Shown: positions 61,251 through 64,000 of the stretch, piece after piece
Numbering within the stretch: position 1 is the first letter of the stretch
Layout: each line of letters starts with the position of its first letter
From: a bacterium
GTDB lineage: Bacteria > Bacillota_I > Bacilli_A > RF39 > UBA660
NCBI GenBank assembly: GCA_044432745.1
Contig: JAWXUH010000001.1
Span: 28,540 to 92,539 of the forward strand
DNA: 64,000 nt
Direction: 5' to 3'
The notes under the pieces: model-generated
The model's database searches: none
The model's input: only the letters and a program-made list of their open reading frames with translations
What the model was told of the DNA's origin: nothing
Position numbers and translations under genes: made by a program

Positions 61251-62333
61251 TTATTTTTTTAATTTTATATCTTCCCATACTATCTCTTTTTGATAGGGTT
61301 TATATGACATACATAAAGGTATTAATTTTTTTGATTCTATTACTTGATTATAGCATAACTCGTCTTCTTTTAAACTACCTAGTTTTAAAGTTTCGTTATT
61401 AGAATTTATATTCCATAATATTTTTTCACTATCAAATCTTGCTACACATTCATCTGTTCCTATTGTAAAAGCACATACCTTAATTTGATTATTTGGCATT
61501 ATTAATGCTCTTTCTCCCATATCAACTGGACAATAAAAATATTTATCTTTATTTAATTTAACTTTATCTTTTTCTATTCCTCTCATAGGTAATCTTACAT
61601 TTACTGAGTAATCATTATTTAAAACTTTTTCTATTACTACATCGTAAATATCTCTCCATACGTCTAAATTTATATCCGTATTATCTATCCAGCTATCTCT
61701 GTCTACTCCAACTTTTAGTATTGGATGAAAATTAATCGTATTTATTTTTAATAATTCACTAAATTTTATCATACTATCTATATTCTCTAGACCACTTATT
61801 TGATCCTTGCAAGTATAACTGTGGATACAACACGTTATTTGTACATTATATCCTAATTCTACTGCATACTTTATATTATTTATAGCGTTGTCATAACTAC
61901 CTTTTCCTCTTACTATGTCATTACACTTTGCATCATGTCCATCTAGACTAAAAGTTATTTCATCTAACAATTTTATGTTAGTATCTTCTAAAAAGGATTT
62001 ATTAAATTGTCCATTTGTATCAATTCTAATATATTTGTACCCTATTTCTTTAACACTCTTTATTACGTCAGATAAAGTTTTATTATTTTTTTTATCATAA
62101 TATATACTAGGCTCTCCACCTAAAAAAGAAATTTTATATGCTCCATATTTTTTAAATTCTTTTAACAACTTTATCATTGTATTATAATCTAAATCACTTG
62201 ATGTTTTATCTAGCAGAGGTTTATATAAACATTGTTTACAGTTTAACTGGCATCTATTTGTAACATAAACAAATACTTGTTTTATTTTATTATCAAAATA
62301 TAATTTAACTTCATTATCAATTTCCATACACAT
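61251..62333 (-). CDS. Radical SAM enzyme with a C-terminal SPASM/twitch-like Cys cluster.
   Basis: CxxxCxxC at VTNRCQLNCKQCLYK. A second Cys-rich region covers ITCCIHSYTC and YCPVDMG...VCAFTIGTDEC. It ends 20 nt upstream of ispG on the same strand. Confidence 0.7.
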   Translation of the reverse strand: MCMEIDNEVKLYFDNKIKQVFVYVTNRCQLNCKQCLYKPLLDKTSSDLDYNTMIKLLKEFKKYGAYKISFLGGEPSIYYDKKNNKTLSDVIKSVKEIGYKYIRIDTNGQFNKSFLEDTNIKLLDEITFSLDGHDAKCNDIVRGKGSYDNAINNIKYAVELGYNVQITCCIHSYTCKDQISGLENIDSMIKFSELLKINTINFHPILKVGVDRDSWIDNTDINLDVWRDIYDVVIEKVLNNDYSVNVRLPMRGIEKDKVKLNKDKYFYCPVDMGERALIMPNNQIKVCAFTIGTDECVARFDSEKILWNINSNNETLKLGSLKEDELCYNQVIESKKLIPLCMSYKPYQKEIVWEDIKLKK

Positions 62334-62351
62334 CTATCCTTCATTTCTTTC

Positions 62352-62383
62352 ATTATAACATATTTATATATTTATTTATCCAA
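62352..62383 (-). promoter_or_regulatory. Near-consensus sigma-A promoter with an extended -10 for the radical SAM-ispG unit.
   Basis: On the minus strand TTGGAT, a 17-nt spacer, then TGTTATAAT, followed by the AAGGA RBS and the ATG. Confidence 0.45.
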
Positions 62384-62487
62384 ATATATTTCATTGATTA
62401 ACTTGTTATATTTGTGTATACTTCATTGATAAGTTATAGAAAAAAAATTAATAACATAAAAAAAGAAAAAGATATATATTGAATATA

Positions 62488-64000
62488 TTATTTTCTTTTT
62501 CTTTTACTAGTTTTTACTACTTTCCTTTTTTTCTTTTTCTTTTGTTGTAAAATTCTTTTTTTCTTTTTAGCTAAATTATTTAGCTTAATTGATTTAATAT
62601 TCTTTTTTGATTTTTTGTCATTTAATTGGCTTAAAATATACAATATTTGAGGTAATACTATCAATACAAGTATGATTGATATAAATGTTCCTCTTCCAAT
62701 ACATAAACCTAAAGTTTTTATTATTGTATTAGAACTTACATTATATAAAACTAAACCAGCTATTGTTAATATACTTCCAGATGTTATTATAGTAGGAAAT
62801 GCTTCATTTAATGCTACTGTTATTGCATCTTTGTAATTCATCTCCTCACATAAAGTTTTGTATCTATTAGTTATTACTATTGCATAATCTATATTTGCTC
62901 CCATTTGAATAGCTGATACTATCAAATAACCAATAAAATATAAACCTACTCCAAATATATATGGAAATGCAAAATTAATAAAGATTGCAGATTGTATAAC
63001 TACGATCATACTTACTGCTATATATATAGATTTAAATGTAAATAATAATATTATTGTAATTAATAAGATAGATATTATACTTATTATTTTATTATCTATT
63101 TTAAATGCATTAGACAATTCATAACTATTAACAGAATTTCCTACTAAATAATTTTCTTCGTAATAATTATTAGTTATGTCTTGAATATCTTCTATTAAAA
63201 AATATGTTTCTTCACCTTCTATTGGTAAATTTACATTTAAAATTATTCTACTATAGTTTTCTGATTCAAATGTATTTTCTAATGATTCAATTTGATTAAA
63301 ATAATACGTAATTATTGTAACTTCTTTATCACCAAGTGACATATGTTCATTTTCTATATTAGAGTATAAGAAATATACTAAATTATATACTGATATGCTA
63401 TATTCACTTGAAAAAGTATCTTCTAATGCTGATGCATATGCTGCGTATATATTATATACAATTTCTTCATCTATATTCAATAAAACTGCTGCTTTACTAT
63501 ATGTTAGTTCTGTTTGAATTGTTATATTTTCATATATTTCTAATGTATTATAACTTAACACAGACTCAATATTATCTAAATAATTTAACTCTTTTGTATA
63601 ACGCAGTTCACTTTCTATATCATCATTGGGAACTAATACTATAATACTATTTGACATTCCAAATGTATTTTCAATATTTAATATTTGATTTTTATATTCT
63701 TCACTTGCTCCACCTTCGTAGAACTCGTAATTAGTTTCATATGATAATATTCCTGCTAATATTGTTATTATAATAAACAAAGGTAATACTACATATCTTG
63801 ATTTAATTGATACCTTACTTATTTTTTCTATATTAGGAATATAATTTTTATGTCTAGTTTTTTCTATTAATTTATCAAATAACATTATTAATGCTGGCAT
63901 TAATGTAAATACTGCTAATAAACTTATTAATATTGATTTAATTAATACTTTTGATAAATCTGCTCCTATAGAATATGTCATAAATGATAACGCTACTAAA
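62488..64000 (-). CDS. MMPL/RND-superfamily membrane transporter, partial (the 5' end lies beyond the window), with a Lys/Arg-rich C-terminal tail.
   Basis: The reading frame stays open upstream of the track's ATG to the window edge. The region YSIGADLSKVLIKSILISLLAVF resembles the MMPL/RND TM4 (GxGxDYxIF) region. It contains a large loop domain plus a 6-TM C-terminal bundle. The tail reads KKKKRILQQKKKKKRKVVKTSKRKRK. Confidence 0.55.
   Translation of the reverse strand, partial: LVALSFMTYSIGADLSKVLIKSILISLLAVFTLMPALIMLFDKLIEKTRHKNYIPNIEKISKVSIKSRYVVLPLFIIITILAGILSYETNYEFYEGGASEEYKNQILNIENTFGMSNSIIVLVPNDDIESELRYTKELNYLDNIESVLSYNTLEIYENITIQTELTYSKAAVLLNIDEEIVYNIYAAYASALEDTFSSEYSISVYNLVYFLYSNIENEHMSLGDKEVTIITYYFNQIESLENTFESENYSRIILNVNLPIEGEETYFLIEDIQDITNNYYEENYLVGNSVNSYELSNAFKIDNKIISIISILLITIILLFTFKSIYIAVSMIVVIQSAIFINFAFPYIFGVGLYFIGYLIVSAIQMGANIDYAIVITNRYKTLCEEMNYKDAITVALNEAFPTIITSGSILTIAGLVLYNVSSNTIIKTLGLCIGRGTFISIILVLIVLPQILYILSQLNDKKSKKNIKSIKLNNLAKKKKRILQQKKKKKRKVVKTSKRKRK

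Noticed and set aside
62334-62487. A precursor-peptide ORF in the gap between the MMPL transporter and the radical SAM gene
   Set aside because: All minus-strand frames give peptides of 13 aa or fewer with no RBS. The gap is occupied by the rSAM promoter.
1-64000. CRISPR arrays, tRNA/rRNA genes, IS elements and prophage genes
   Set aside because: No short regularly spaced direct repeats were found. No GC-rich cloverleaf-sized islands or GTTCGAATC-type T-loops were found. No transposase, integrase or phage structural ORFs were found. The only recombinase is a chromosomal XerD-type enzyme.

Overview
The window is a very AT-rich (roughly 25% GC) chromosomal core region from an endospore-forming Firmicute of the Clostridia type. 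Almost every gene is on the minus strand and the region is tightly packed. It carries sporulation genes (spoIIGA-sigE-sigG, ylmC/ymxH, yqfC-yqfD, spoVIF), housekeeping blocks (rpsO-pnp, murG-murB-ftsQ, ybeY-dgkA-era-yqzL-recO, topA, rnhB, rbgA, uvrC, ruvA, valS, alaS, ispG, queH, def, tcdA, rarA, xerD-type recombinase) and several accessory-looking islands. I found no rRNA, tRNA, CRISPR array, IS element or prophage. RNA and regulatory elements recognised directly from sequence are two T-box leaders (upstream of valS, and upstream of a P-loop gene plus a short alaS), several hairpin-plus-T-tract terminators, a near-consensus sigma-A promoter in front of a radical SAM gene, a forespore-type promoter in front of sigG, and a Spo0A box upstream of spoIIGA. 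Candidate novel or unusual systems, most interesting first: an orphan HerA-family (HAS-barrel plus FtsK/HerA ATPase) gene next to uvrC with no NurA partner, followed by a small membrane protein and a cytoplasmic zinc-dependent phospholipase-C-family protein; a convergent pair of diverged paralogous TPR proteins; a secreted NUC-family nuclease preceded by a small cytoplasmic protein that may be its inhibitor; a radical SAM/SPASM enzyme in an operon with ispG next to an MMPL exporter that runs off the window edge; a PP-loop ATPase paired with a Cys-rich DUF523-like protein; a pyruvyltransferase-TagF-pyruvyltransferase glycopolymer cluster; a 48-aa Cys/Asn-rich peptide ORF with a perfect SD; and a pseudogene remnant of the rbgA 5' end flanking a two-gene plus-strand island. 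The ORF track uses GTG/TTG starts in several places; I moved those to the nearest ATG with a Shine-Dalgarno sequence.
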